In this document: piece after piece, positions 9,094 to 18,921 of the stretch
How the letters are laid out: each line of letters opens with the position of its first letter
Position numbering within the stretch: position 1 is the stretch's first letter
NCBI GenBank assembly: GCA_041644975.1
Contig: JBAZQX010000001.1
Location: 103,274 to 167,273 of the forward strand
From: Candidatus Doudnabacteria bacterium
Lineage (GTDB): Bacteria; Patescibacteriota; JAQUNI01
DNA length: 64,000 bases
Direction: 5' to 3'
Notes under the pieces: generated by a model
Seen by the model: the letters and a program-made list of their open reading frames with translations, nothing else
Told to the model about the DNA's origin: nothing
Databases searched by the model: none
Made by a program: the position numbers and the translations under genes

Positions 9094-10134
9094 TTACCTT
9101 CTTAGTTTACTTTTTAGGGTTTTTATAAATAACAGACCTTGTAGAAATTTTACGCCGTAGACTAAATGGGTTAAGAACATATAAGGAATAATCAAGAGGC
9201 CGACTAAAGGATTTTTTTCTCGGAAAGCGGACTTAATCGCCGCCCAGAGCATTCCGCCAAGATATAGTAGTAAGATGATAATATTACCATAAAGGAAATG
9301 GATATAACCAACCCTTTTTGCTAAGTAGCCTATTAAAGGGCTCGCAACTAATAACAACACAAAAAGACTGGGGATAAAGTAAGTCAATTTCAAGGAGGTT
9401 GCGGGGAATTTTTTGGCAAAGAAACCACGATGCAAGCCATAACCCGCGATTTGTTGCAGGTGGCTTAAGAGGGTTTTGCGGCGATGATGGTAAACAATGA
9501 GTTGAGGGTCATAAATAATATTACCACCTGTCCTTGTAAGATCCAGACAGAACTTTGTATCTTCTCCGGGCCAATATTGGGAGTTAAAGCCTCCTATCTT
9601 TTGAAATATGTTTTTGCGCACTAAAAAATTTACCGAAGGCCAGTCGGTCACGGTTTTCTTTTTTTTACCTGGAATGTAACGGTCCGCAATCCCTCCCCAG
9701 AAAGAGGAGGCAAGGCATGCACCAGAGGTTTTTTGACGCAAGGAATTATCTTGGGGGCTAATAGCAGGACCGCCCAGGGCGGCAATCCTAGGGTCTTGAA
9801 AATTTTTTGCCGCTTGCGACAGCCAATCATTTTGCGGATAAGCGTCATCATCCAAAAAAGCGAGAATCTCTCCTTCCGCATATTGAAGCGCCAGCGTTCT
9901 TTTCTCGGCGGGACCAATTTTTCCTGTGGGGATAATTTTCGTTTTGGGGAATTTTTCTTCTGACTTTGCGTCAGGAAAAATTAGAATTTCAAAATTTTGG
10001 TGGGTAAGGTTTAAAAGATGGCGAACTGTTTCGTGGATATAATCATTAATTCTTACTACTGGGATGATGACAGAAAATTGAGGCATCCTTGAAAGTGTAA
10101 AATTAAAAATGAAAAATGTAAAATGACAGATCAA
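9094..10134 (-). CDS. GT2 glycosyltransferase with C-terminal transmembrane region. Likely start at MPQFSVIIP (10086).
   Basis: FSVIIPVVR ... FLDDDAYP (the DXD region) and two or three C-terminal TM helices. Confidence 0.7.
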   Translation of the reverse strand: MICHFTFFIFNFTLSRMPQFSVIIPVVRINDYIHETVRHLLNLTHQNFEILIFPDAKSEEKFPKTKIIPTGKIGPAEKRTLALQYAEGEILAFLDDDAYPQNDWLSQAAKNFQDPRIAALGGPAISPQDNSLRQKTSGACLASSFWGGIADRYIPGKKKKTVTDWPSVNFLVRKNIFQKIGGFNSQYWPGEDTKFCLDLTRTGGNIIYDPQLIVYHHRRKTLLSHLQQIAGYGLHRGFFAKKFPATSLKLTYFIPSLFVLLLVASPLIGYLAKRVGYIHFLYGNIIILLLYLGGMLWAAIKSAFREKNPLVGLLIIPYMFLTHLVYGVKFLQGLLFIKTLKSKLRR

Positions 10135-10178
10135 AATTTAAAATTTTACATACTAATTTTGCATTTCCATTTTACTTT
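10095..10178. repeat. AT-rich inverted array of 7-bp periodic units (AAAAATG / CATTTTT) between the GT2 gene and uxs
   Basis: aaaaatg aaaaatg taaaatg acagatc aaaattt aaaattt tacatac taatttt gcatttc cattttac. It shares the 20-mer aaaatgacagNtNaaaatt with 55560-55600. Confidence 0.5.
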
Positions 10179-11132
10179 TTAATTGCATTTAATTTTTAGC
10201 TTTTCAAAGTATCTAATCGTTTTTTTTAAGCCATCTTCTAGATTTACCTTTGGCGTCCATCCTAATTTTGTGTGCGCCAGAGTGATATCTGGCTTTCTTT
10301 TTGTGGGGTCGTCTTCAGGGAGAGGACAGAATTGAATTCTGGAATGAGAGCCGGTGAGTTCTATTACTTTTCTGGCTAAATCATCAATTTTGGTTTCCCG
10401 GGGATTTCCTAGATTAAAAGGTCCAATTTCTTTACTCTTCATCATCTTGATTAAACCAATGATTATATCATCAATATAGCTAAAAGAGCGGGTTTGCTCC
10501 CCTTTACCATAAACGGTAATAGGTTTATCATCTAGAGCTTGGTTGATAAAGTTTGGAATCACGCGGCCATCATTATCGCGCATCCCCGGACCATAAGTGT
10601 TAAAAATCCGGACAATTTTCGCATTGAGTCTATATTTTCGGACGTAACTCATAATTAGACTTTCGGCAAAGCGTTTACCCTCATCATAACAAGAGCGGGG
10701 ACCTAAAGTATTCACATAGCCGCGGTAGCTTTCTTTCTGGGGATGCACTTGAGGATCACCATAAACTTCAGAGGTGGAAGCTTGCAAAAAGACGGCTTGA
10801 TGTTCCATTGCTAAATCTAAAAGACGGTTCACTCCCTCGGAGCAGACTTTTAAAATTTTAGTAGGATAACGCGGAAAATCCACGGGAGAAGCGGGACAGG
10901 CTAAGTTATAAATTTCGTCAATTTTATCCGGCAAAGGAGGGATGTTCTCCGTAATATCGTGATCCATAAAGACAAAGTTAGGGTGAGAAAACCATTCTTT
11001 GATATTGTCATAAGATCCGGTAATGAGGTTATCAATGCACAGGATTTTATTTTTTTCCTGAAGCAGATAGCGAATCAGATTAGAACCGATAAATCCCGCC
11101 CCGCCGGTAACTAGAATAGTTTTTTTGTCCAT
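10179..11132 (-). CDS. uxs: UDP-glucuronate decarboxylase (UDP-xylose synthase)
   Basis: ILVTGGAGFIGSNLIRYLL...ILCIDNLITG, YxxxK SDR catalytic motif and UXS-specific C-terminal region; 317 aa. Confidence 0.85.
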   Translation of the reverse strand: MDKKTILVTGGAGFIGSNLIRYLLQEKNKILCIDNLITGSYDNIKEWFSHPNFVFMDHDITENIPPLPDKIDEIYNLACPASPVDFPRYPTKILKVCSEGVNRLLDLAMEHQAVFLQASTSEVYGDPQVHPQKESYRGYVNTLGPRSCYDEGKRFAESLIMSYVRKYRLNAKIVRIFNTYGPGMRDNDGRVIPNFINQALDDKPITVYGKGEQTRSFSYIDDIIIGLIKMMKSKEIGPFNLGNPRETKIDDLARKVIELTGSHSRIQFCPLPEDDPTKRKPDITLAHTKLGWTPKVNLEDGLKKTIRYFEKLKIKCN

Positions 11133-11183
11133 ACAATTTACCTTTTTTAATCTTAAAATTTTAACTTAATATAGTGATCAATG

Positions 11184-11945
11184 TCAATTTTTTTGATATT
11201 TCTTTAATATATTCTTCCGTTTTTCCGATGGTTGATCATAATAGCGCAATATTTTTAAACGATAGAAAACAGCCATAGTGTCCCAAAATGATTTGTTGAT
11301 TGCTGATAGACAAATAGAACTGTGGCTGAAATCCATTTCAAGGTTGACTGGAATTTCCATAATTTTGTAACCATAATGGTGAGCCAAGGCGAGCAGTTCA
11401 ATGTCAAAAGCGTATTTTTTCACGAGGACCTTAGGGAAGATTTCGGCAAGCACTTTGCGTTCAAATAATTTCAAGCCCACTTGGCTGTCCTTGATATCCA
11501 TTTGAAAGAGGGTTTTAACCATAAGTTGCGCCGCGCGGCTTAAAACTTGACGCTTTAGAGGATAAATCACTCGCGATTGCGGATGCCTCTTTGAGCCAAT
11601 GATCACGGGCACTTTGAATTTTTGATAGTAATTAATAATCTGAATGATGTGCGCGGGGTCAAATTCCAGACCAGCGTCAAAGAAGATAATTAAATCGCCG
11701 CTTGCATGATTGAAACCATATTTTAGGGCATAACCTTTTCCCCTATTCTGAGGATAGCCTAGAATGATGATAGAGTGAGAGTTATAAGTGGAGGCAATTT
11801 CGTAGGTCTTATCTTCTTTACCATCGCAGATTACAATAATTTCCGTGAGGTACGGAAGCGATTGAACGGTATTCTGGACCGCATCAATTGTTTGGCTGAT
11901 TTTGTCTTGCTCGTGATAAGCAGGAATCAGAATGGATATTTTCAT
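11184..11945 (-). CDS. GT2 glycosyltransferase (Dpm1/polyprenol-phosphate glycosyltransferase-like)
   Basis: ISILIPAYHEQDKI and FFDAGLEFDP motifs. Confidence 0.7.
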   Translation of the reverse strand: MKISILIPAYHEQDKISQTIDAVQNTVQSLPYLTEIIVICDGKEDKTYEIASTYNSHSIIILGYPQNRGKGYALKYGFNHASGDLIIFFDAGLEFDPAHIIQIINYYQKFKVPVIIGSKRHPQSRVIYPLKRQVLSRAAQLMVKTLFQMDIKDSQVGLKLFERKVLAEIFPKVLVKKYAFDIELLALAHHYGYKIMEIPVNLEMDFSHSSICLSAINKSFWDTMAVFYRLKILRYYDQPSEKRKNILKKYQKN

Positions 11946-13252
11946 TATGATTGCAGAAGATTTGAAGTATTTTTTGATTTATTTAAGGCAAGATTTCCCT
12001 TTTTTTCCCAAAAATAGAAAATCATCAGTCCCCCGAATAATCCGGCGATGGAGATAAGGAGATTAAAAACAATTTGTCTGATTGAACTGTGACGCATTAA
12101 GATAAGCAGGATTTCCAAGATGCTGGCTGCGATCAAGATATAAATAAATTTAAATTTGTGAATGGAAAGATAATAACTAATTAAGATATTATCCAGTGAG
12201 AGGAAAAACATAGTGATAGCGCTAAAGCCCACTAAAGGGGAAATAACAAGGTAAGAAGAGCCAAAAAGCATTTTAATAATTAATTGGGGAAAAAGGAAAT
12301 AAGCTACTACTCCTGAACCTGAAACAAAGCCGACTATTCTCAGGGACTGTTTTAAAAGATGTTGGTGATCCTCGCCCTTTTTATATTTTTCTGCTGCCAT
12401 CGGGAACATCACCGCTGCAATGGTGCCCGTGGCAAAGAAAATGATTTGGCTTAATTTAGAAAGAGCTGAATAAAGTCCTGCTTCTTTGGCTGGAAAGAAG
12501 TGCTTCACCATAATAATGTCAACGTTGTAAAGCGCCGTGAGACAGAAGAGGGTAATCAATATGGGTAAGGCAAAGGATATGATTTTGTAATCCTTGATTT
12601 TATTTTGCGGAGTGTGAAGAAAAATAAATCTAAGGGGCAGAAAACTCACTATAAAGGCAATTAAATTTGCGACAGCTATTGCGCCCAGCGCCCCGTATAC
12701 TTTCAGGCTCGTCAGAACCAAAGCCGCACCTAGAGAGGTTTTAATTAATGCCTCTATCAACAAATTCCAGGTAAGAGATTTAAAAAGTTGTAAACCCTGA
12801 AGGATAGCGCGAGTTGTTGGCACCACAAAAGCCAAAAATAAGATAAAGTTCAGGGCCAGAATTAATTTTAAAGAAGGTATTTGTAAAAAATGAGCAAGCC
12901 ATGGTGCCATAATACAGAGAACCAAGAATACGGCTATACCCACAAGGGTTAAATTTTTCACAAGATATCGCAGTAGAAAATGGAGTTCCCCATAATTTTT
13001 GCTGACTTTCAGGTTACTCGCGAGTTTAACAATGACCATACTAACGGTGGACATCGGGATGGATAAAATTGCACTCACGGAGATTAAGGAGGCCAAAATG
13101 CCATAGTCCGCCGGCCCTAAGGCCCTTCCTGCCACTAAATGGAAGATATAATTACCCACACTGACCGACATTGAACCTAAAAACAGAATATAACTATTCT
13201 TAATTAACTTATTTTTTTTTAGTCTCAGGTTAATGGTTTGAAAAATATTCAT
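11945..13252 (-). CDS. wzx: Polysaccharide/oligosaccharide flippase (Wzx-like, MOP superfamily)
   Basis: 435 aa with about 12 TM helices, sitting in a glycan locus. Its start overlaps the upstream gene's stop by 4 nt. Confidence 0.6.
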   Translation of the reverse strand: MNIFQTINLRLKKNKLIKNSYILFLGSMSVSVGNYIFHLVAGRALGPADYGILASLISVSAILSIPMSTVSMVIVKLASNLKVSKNYGELHFLLRYLVKNLTLVGIAVFLVLCIMAPWLAHFLQIPSLKLILALNFILFLAFVVPTTRAILQGLQLFKSLTWNLLIEALIKTSLGAALVLTSLKVYGALGAIAVANLIAFIVSFLPLRFIFLHTPQNKIKDYKIISFALPILITLFCLTALYNVDIIMVKHFFPAKEAGLYSALSKLSQIIFFATGTIAAVMFPMAAEKYKKGEDHQHLLKQSLRIVGFVSGSGVVAYFLFPQLIIKMLFGSSYLVISPLVGFSAITMFFLSLDNILISYYLSIHKFKFIYILIAASILEILLILMRHSSIRQIVFNLLISIAGLFGGLMIFYFWEKKGNLALNKSKNTSNLLQS

Positions 13253-14190
13253 TGCGAGGGGCGTTGGTTAGATTTAAACCATTCTATGGTTTTTCTGATT
13301 CCTTCTTCTAGGGAATAGCGCGGTCTCCATTTTAATTCTTTTTGGGCGAGACTCGCATCTAAACTTATCTGATCTACTTCACCTAGACGACAAGGAAGAT
13401 ATTGGGGTTTTATTTTACTTTGTAATTCTCGGGCGACTATCTGAAATATTTGTTCTGTGGTAGTCGCCTTTCCTGTGCCGATATTGTAGATTTTGTTTTG
13501 GCAGGAGAGCATTGCTTTGATGTTAGCTTCCACTATGTCTTCCACAAAGATATAATCCCTTTTATTTTTGCCATAAGCAAAAAGAGAAGGCGCTTCTCCT
13601 TGGATTAATTGATGAAGAAGAATGGCGATCACCCCCGCTTCTCCCAAGGGGTTCTGGCGGGGGCCATAGACATTGGCATAACGCAGGGTGATGTAGGGCA
13701 ATTTATAGAGCCTGTGATAAGTTTCTAAATATTTTTCCGCCGTATATTTGGAAATGCCATAACAAGATAGAGGATTTACAGAGTGTGATTCCGGGACTGG
13801 GATCTCCCGGGGTTCGCCATAGACAGCTCCCCCGCTAGAGGCATAAATAAATTTTTTTATTTTAATTCTCGCCGCTTCTCTAATGATATTCAAAGAGCCT
13901 AGAATATTCACCTTGGCATCATAGATCGGTTTTTGGAGGGATTTACGCACATCCATTTGAGCCGCCAAGTGAAAAATATAATCTATTTTATGCTTGCGCA
14001 AGATTGGTCTTAAATTTTCGTTAATGTTTTTTTCGTAAAAAACCAGATTTTTATTTGGGAGAGGAAGATTATGGCGAAAGCCCGTGGAAAGATCATCTAT
14101 CACTACCACTTTGTGTTTTAATTTTAATAATCTTTTGACTAAATTCGCGCCAATAAAACCTGCCCCTCCAGTAACAAGCACCGTCGGCAT
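13249..14190 (-). CDS. NAD-dependent nucleotide-sugar epimerase/dehydratase (GalE/WbpP-like SDR)
   Basis: VLVTGGAGFIGANLVKRLL, YxxxK (YGISKYTAEKY); 313 aa. Confidence 0.75.
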   Translation of the reverse strand: MPTVLVTGGAGFIGANLVKRLLKLKHKVVVIDDLSTGFRHNLPLPNKNLVFYEKNINENLRPILRKHKIDYIFHLAAQMDVRKSLQKPIYDAKVNILGSLNIIREAARIKIKKFIYASSGGAVYGEPREIPVPESHSVNPLSCYGISKYTAEKYLETYHRLYKLPYITLRYANVYGPRQNPLGEAGVIAILLHQLIQGEAPSLFAYGKNKRDYIFVEDIVEANIKAMLSCQNKIYNIGTGKATTTEQIFQIVARELQSKIKPQYLPCRLGEVDQISLDASLAQKELKWRPRYSLEEGIRKTIEWFKSNQRPSQ

Positions 14191-14300
14191 AAAATTTGGT
14201 TTATGTATTAAAAATTGAGCCCTATAGATAAGGTCTTATCTTATTGTAACCGAAGAGAGACAGATTGGTCAAGAATAATAATTTAGTAATTTCTTGCCAA

Positions 14301-14346
14301 AATATAAAAAAATAAGGGAGAAGAATCTTAAAGATATCCTCTCCCT
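14301..14346 (-). terminator. Rho-independent terminator candidate after hisG
   Basis: gggaga...tctccc stem, followed on the minus strand by a U-run (plus-strand aaaaaaataa). Confidence 0.4.
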
Positions 14347-14394
14347 TTTTACTTTTGTGCGGGCCAGCGTCGCCGAAAGAACGATACGAAAAAT

Positions 14395-15279
14395 TCAAAG
14401 GACTTTATCAATAGGGTATTGGACAATGCCCTCGGCTCCATTTTTTTTCAATTGGAGAATAAGCGCATTAGAGTCCTTTCGAGGCACTACCGTTTTCACG
14501 GCGAACCATTCTTTACTAGAGAGATTACTCACTGTCGGCTCTCTTAAGGCCGGCAATAACTTCAGAATTTTTTCCAAAACATTGGCTGGCACATTCATTT
14601 CCAAGAAGACCTTATCGCGAGCCATAATAACGCCCTGCAATATCATTTTGATATTTTCAATGGTTTGGCGTTTTTGTTTATTTTTAAAGGCTTGATGATT
14701 AGCAATTAAAACCGTCCACGATTCCATAATAACATCAATAATTCTTAAATCATTGATTGCCAAGGAGTTTCCGCTATCAATAATGTCAACGCCGGCTTCA
14801 GCAAATCCAGCTTTGACTATTGTTTCTGTCGCCCCTTTACTAATGTCTATTTGAACGTCTATTCCCTTTTTTTCAAAATACTGGCCGGAAACAACGGGAA
14901 ACTCCGTTACCACTCGTAAACCCCTAAGATTTTGAGAGGTTTTAATAGATGATTTATTGGGAACAAATAAAGCAATCTTTACCTTTCCATTTCCAGCCCT
15001 TGTAATGGGCAAGGTCATAATCTCTTCAACTTCCTTGTCTAATCCCCTTTCTTTTAGACAATCCTGACCCAAAACACCCAAGTCTAAATTCCCCCTCATC
15101 ACATAAAGAGGAATGTCTTGAGGTCGGAGTTTTACAACATTCATATTAGCACTTTGGTCATTTACTTGACCAAAAGAATCACTATCCCAAGTTATTGCTA
15201 ACCCCGCTTCCTTCATTAAACTCTCAAACATCTGTTCTAAACTCCCTTTGGGACTCCCCAATACCAATCCCATATTCAT
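14395..15279 (-). CDS. hisG: ATP phosphoribosyltransferase, long form (HisG)
   Basis: Aligns along its full length with long-form HisG: GSPKGSLEQ, DIPLYVMRGNLDLGVLGQD, IDSGNSLAINDLR, C-terminal regulatory domain IVQYPIDKVL. Likely start at MNMGLVLG (15279). Confidence 0.8.
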   Translation of the reverse strand: MNMGLVLGSPKGSLEQMFESLMKEAGLAITWDSDSFGQVNDQSANMNVVKLRPQDIPLYVMRGNLDLGVLGQDCLKERGLDKEVEEIMTLPITRAGNGKVKIALFVPNKSSIKTSQNLRGLRVVTEFPVVSGQYFEKKGIDVQIDISKGATETIVKAGFAEAGVDIIDSGNSLAINDLRIIDVIMESWTVLIANHQAFKNKQKRQTIENIKMILQGVIMARDKVFLEMNVPANVLEKILKLLPALREPTVSNLSSKEWFAVKTVVPRKDSNALILQLKKNGAEGIVQYPIDKVL

Positions 15280-15399
15280 TTTTTCTCCTTTTTTAAAGAA
15301 CCTTTTTGTCATTTTATTGTGGGCAGACAAAAATAGCCCCTTTCCCGCCTAATACGGAAAGGGGCTATTTTGGAGATATTCTTTACAAATATAAAAAGT

Positions 15400-15732
15400 T
15401 TATTTTTTGTTACGCCAACGCAGCCCTTCCCCGTGTGAGAAAGAGGCATGATGATTTAATCTTTTTATAATTAATCGGTAACCGCCCATACCACGATTTA
15501 ACCATTTAGAGATTCGTGCAATCGTAGTTGAGCTTAAACCCGTTTTTTTCTCAATAGCAGAATAAGCTACTTTTCCATTCAACATCTTCGCTGCCTGCCA
15601 TCTGCGGCTAAATTCAACAATTTCTTGTTCAGTCAAAAGGTCGCGAAAAAAACGTTTCGCTTCTTTAATATTTTTTAAAGCCAAGATTGCTTGGAATAAA
15701 TCTTCAGTTTTTTTATTGTCCCATTGAGGCAT
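15400..15732 (-). CDS. TrpR-related protein (YerC/YecD family)
   Basis: GYRLIIKRLN and ISKWLNRG resemble the YerC/YecD TrpR-like HTH; 110 aa. Confidence 0.55.
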   Translation of the reverse strand: MPQWDNKKTEDLFQAILALKNIKEAKRFFRDLLTEQEIVEFSRRWQAAKMLNGKVAYSAIEKKTGLSSTTIARISKWLNRGMGGYRLIIKRLNHHASFSHGEGLRWRNKK

Positions 15733-15851
15733 AATAATTTACTTTATCATAATAAAGCACTTTACCTAAGTAAAGTATAGCAAAGTAGAATTTTTTGTCA
15801 AGAGATTGTATTGGATAATGGGAATTTCCGTTTATATGATATAATAAATTT

Positions 15852-16304
15852 ATGTTAGAAAAATATCAGATAAAAAGGAATTTTCAAAAAACGCCGGAAC
15901 CGCGGGGAAAAGCAGCAAAATCTAAAGACAATCATTTTGTAATCCAGAAACATAGAGCGCGGACTTTACATTATGATGTTCGTCTTGAGATTGAAGGGGT
16001 TTTGAAGTCTTGGGCTGTACCCAAAAATCTACCTTTATCCTTAGGAGAGAAACATTTAGCGATTGAGACCGAGGATCATCCTGCGCAATACCTTAATTTT
16101 GAAGGTATAATTCCCGAAGGGAACTATGGCGCTGGTGTGGTTCAGATTTGGGATCAGGGTAAGCTTAAACTAAAAAGTTATGAGCTTCGCAAGCTTGTTT
16201 TTTGTTTGCAAGGCAAAAAATTGACAGGGAAGTATGTTTTGGTTAAAATAGAAAAACAGCCAAAAAAGGGTAAAAACTGGCTGGTTTTCAAGACAAAAGC
16301 ATAA
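15852..16304 (+). CDS. Stand-alone LigD-type 3'-phosphoesterase (PE) domain protein
   Basis: FVIQKHRARTLHYDVRLEIEGVLKSWAVPKNLP matches the LigD phosphoesterase domain core; 150 aa. Confidence 0.6.
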   Translation: MLEKYQIKRNFQKTPEPRGKAAKSKDNHFVIQKHRARTLHYDVRLEIEGVLKSWAVPKNLPLSLGEKHLAIETEDHPAQYLNFEGIIPEGNYGAGVVQIWDQGKLKLKSYELRKLVFCLQGKKLTGKYVLVKIEKQPKKGKNWLVFKTKA

Positions 16305-16325
16305 CTTTCTTTCTTATTAACTTTT

Positions 16326-17171
16326 ATGCTACCATCTAAAATTCGTTTTATCTTTAGAGTGATTTTTATCGCTTTCTTTGCGGCGATCCTACTTTTTGTT
16401 TTATATCAGAATTTCAACCCTTTTGGCGTCCCACGATTTTATAACTACGAATTTTCACCTAAGATTAACCATTTTATTAACCCTTTACTGCCCAAAGAGC
16501 GGGTTTCGGAGTATTACCGCGATGCGAAAGGAGACTGGTATCAAGCTTTAAAGGGTCCTTTGGTTTATTTTTCTCTTTATCCTGTTACCCAAGATTGGAA
16601 GCTTGACCTGGCTATAAAATATAAAAGTGAAGTGCCGGAAATTAGATTTGGCGAAGTAGTCTCTGCAGGCGATAATTTAGAATATAAGCCTTATCCTTTT
16701 TATAACGCATTTATCCAAAATCTTGATTGGCCTTGCGTGGAGAATAACGGGGTGTTTTTATATCAAAAAGAGAAACATTTCAATTCGGTTCAAGAATATT
16801 TGGGCAATGTTCCTTTGGATAAAAATAATGCGGTTTATTTTTTCGGTGATGAGCGAATTAAAAATGCGAAAAGTTTCACCCATTTTCAGAACCCTGCCAA
16901 GGAGATTGATTATTTAATCACTATTTATAAGAAGGCCAAGGCGACACCCGATGGCTGGCTTATAACCACTATGCATTTGAATTTATCCAACTCATTTATT
17001 CTGCGGCAGTCTGTAAGGTATCTTTTTAGTATTCCCTTTTTTGAAAATTATGTCGCCTCATCTGGGGAGTTAGCACCCGAGGTAGCGATTAGTAGCATCA
17101 AGGCCGTTGTTTACGAACCCCCTTCTCGTTACTTCCTTAAATTTCAAAATTTATTTAGAAATAGGCCTTAA
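16326..17171 (+). CDS. Hypothetical membrane-anchored protein
   Basis: One N-terminal TM helix, no recognisable motifs; 281 aa. Confidence 0.4.
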   Translation: MLPSKIRFIFRVIFIAFFAAILLFVLYQNFNPFGVPRFYNYEFSPKINHFINPLLPKERVSEYYRDAKGDWYQALKGPLVYFSLYPVTQDWKLDLAIKYKSEVPEIRFGEVVSAGDNLEYKPYPFYNAFIQNLDWPCVENNGVFLYQKEKHFNSVQEYLGNVPLDKNNAVYFFGDERIKNAKSFTHFQNPAKEIDYLITIYKKAKATPDGWLITTMHLNLSNSFILRQSVRYLFSIPFFENYVASSGELAPEVAISSIKAVVYEPPSRYFLKFQNLFRNRP

Positions 17172-17545
17172 TTTTATGAAACTGGAAGCCAGAAAAGTGA
17201 AATTCCCTACCATCCGCCTTTGGCGGACTGGTGGGTGGGTGAAATTATTTTATGTTATAGTGAGCGACCTTTTTGTAATTAGTTTAGTGGGTTACTTGAT
17301 TTTTCTTTGGTTAGATCGCGCGTATAATCAATGTATTAGCAATTATTTTAGTTTAAATATCATTTTAGTTCTTGTTTTACTATCGGGGATTATGACTGCT
17401 GTCTTGAGGGGGATATTGGCGAAAAAATAAAATAACCCCCCATCTATACCAGAGGTGGGGTGGGGTTCGAAGTTCTTTATGATAATTTTTGTTTCTTAAG
17501 GGATTTTTTTATTTTTTGATATTTCTTATTTGTCCAAAATGAAAA

Positions 17546-18241
17546 TTATTTTAGATAAACATGCTGATACTTTTTTATTTTTGCCTGAAGGGTTTTTCTT
17601 TCATTTTCCACATCGTCAATATTTTTTAAACCCGTACAGTTGGGGTAACGGGTGCAGCCATAAAACATATTTCCTCCGTTTTTCCCTTGACGTTTGCGCA
17701 TCGGAGCGCCGCAAGCAGGGCAAGTGACCTCCTCGGAAAAATACAAAACTTTAGCGCTCCACATATCCGCCATATGGAGTATAACCGCCAAAGGCTTCAT
17801 ATTTTTAATGAATTCTTTAAAATCACTCCAGCCGCCTTCAGCATAAAGCAGGGCATTGAGCTCATTATCACTAAGACCAATACCAGCTTTGGCTAACTCA
17901 TTGAGGGTCCAAACCTCGGCTGGCAATTCAATGTCTGTCCATCGCCAAGCGTCTTTAATGTCTTCCACATAGGTTACGATTTTGGCAAAATCATGGAGGT
18001 AGGCGGCAACAATCATCTCTTCTTCCGTAAAATCAGGGTGAGAGTAGGATAGATTATTATAGGGTAGATATTTATTGAGCCTTAGCATTATTTCTAAAAT
18101 TTCAGTGGTATGCAGAAGAAGTCCGCCCGTAAAGTTATGATGATGGGTTTCTGCTGCCGGCGCACGGTCAAAAGCAGAACGGTATTCTTCCGCAAAAGTA
18201 GTGAGTTTAGTTTTTTTGAGGTAAACGTACAAATCAAGCAT
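17546..18241 (-). CDS. HD-domain phosphohydrolase fused to a C-terminal topoisomerase-type C4 zinc ribbon
   Basis: HHHNFTGGLLLHT and YLHDFAK (HD motifs); CPACG...CTRYPNC zinc ribbon (zf-C4_Topoisom-like). Confidence 0.55.
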   Translation of the reverse strand: MLDLYVYLKKTKLTTFAEEYRSAFDRAPAAETHHHNFTGGLLLHTTEILEIMLRLNKYLPYNNLSYSHPDFTEEEMIVAAYLHDFAKIVTYVEDIKDAWRWTDIELPAEVWTLNELAKAGIGLSDNELNALLYAEGGWSDFKEFIKNMKPLAVILHMADMWSAKVLYFSEEVTCPACGAPMRKRQGKNGGNMFYGCTRYPNCTGLKNIDDVENERKTLQAKIKKYQHVYLK

Positions 18242-18441
18242 ATTTTAAGTTATTTTTATAGTGCGGTTTGTGTTGTTTATTTTTCAAAGTATAGCCGCCT
18301 TAGGAATTCACCTTTCAAAATCATTCTAATTAATCTAAAAAATGACCAATGACCAAATTCTAATTCCAAAAAGTTTTGTTATGGGAATTCATCCTTTGGG
18401 GTTTTAAGGATAAAGATTAGACGGAGAAGGATTTGCAGAGT

Positions 18442-18921
18442 TTATCTTTCAAAAAGGAAGCCCCCCAAGGGGTGGTAGCTAAAGATGATAAAACTTACTA
18501 GAAAGAAGAGAAAGAGGAGGGTTGTGACTAAAATTACCGAGCAATTTGGTTCTTTGGTGCTTAAAAATTGTTCCAGAAATTGAGCGATAATTACAGCAAT
18601 GGCTACGCTTAAAAAGACCGTCGTGAAACCGCTAGGGGTAATCATAATAAAAACAGCAGTCAAAATAGTGGCGCTGACGATGCCGGCGAGCTTGCCAAAA
18701 AAGATATTGTCTCTTTCCGCGAAACCAGGAATTAGGAATTCTAAAAGACCATAAATAATCATTGCCCAAAAGACCACTTTGGCGATTTCAAAGATACTGC
18801 CATCTTGGGCGCAAAACAGCTTTAAACCGCCCGCATAGCGCAGAAAGCCAACCAGAAAGAGAACGGCAATCACGGCGATAATTTTATAAAAGAGCAATTG
18901 TTTTTTAGAAAGTTTGTTCAT
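18442..18921 (-). CDS. Hypothetical membrane protein (4 TM)
   Basis: Hydrophobicity pattern only. Confidence 0.35.
   Translation of the reverse strand: MNKLSKKQLLFYKIIAVIAVLFLVGFLRYAGGLKLFCAQDGSIFEIAKVVFWAMIIYGLLEFLIPGFAERDNIFFGKLAGIVSATILTAVFIMITPSGFTTVFLSVAIAVIIAQFLEQFLSTKEPNCSVILVTTLLFLFFLVSFIIFSYHPLGGFLFER

Noticed and set aside
14294-14695. Plus-strand 133-aa ORF
   Set aside because: Lies entirely antisense to the well-supported hisG coding region; a shadow ORF with no motifs.
17455-17475. tRNA-like T-arm string gggttcgaag
   Set aside because: No acceptor stem, D-arm or anticodon arm can be built around it. It is part of a GC hairpin between convergent genes.
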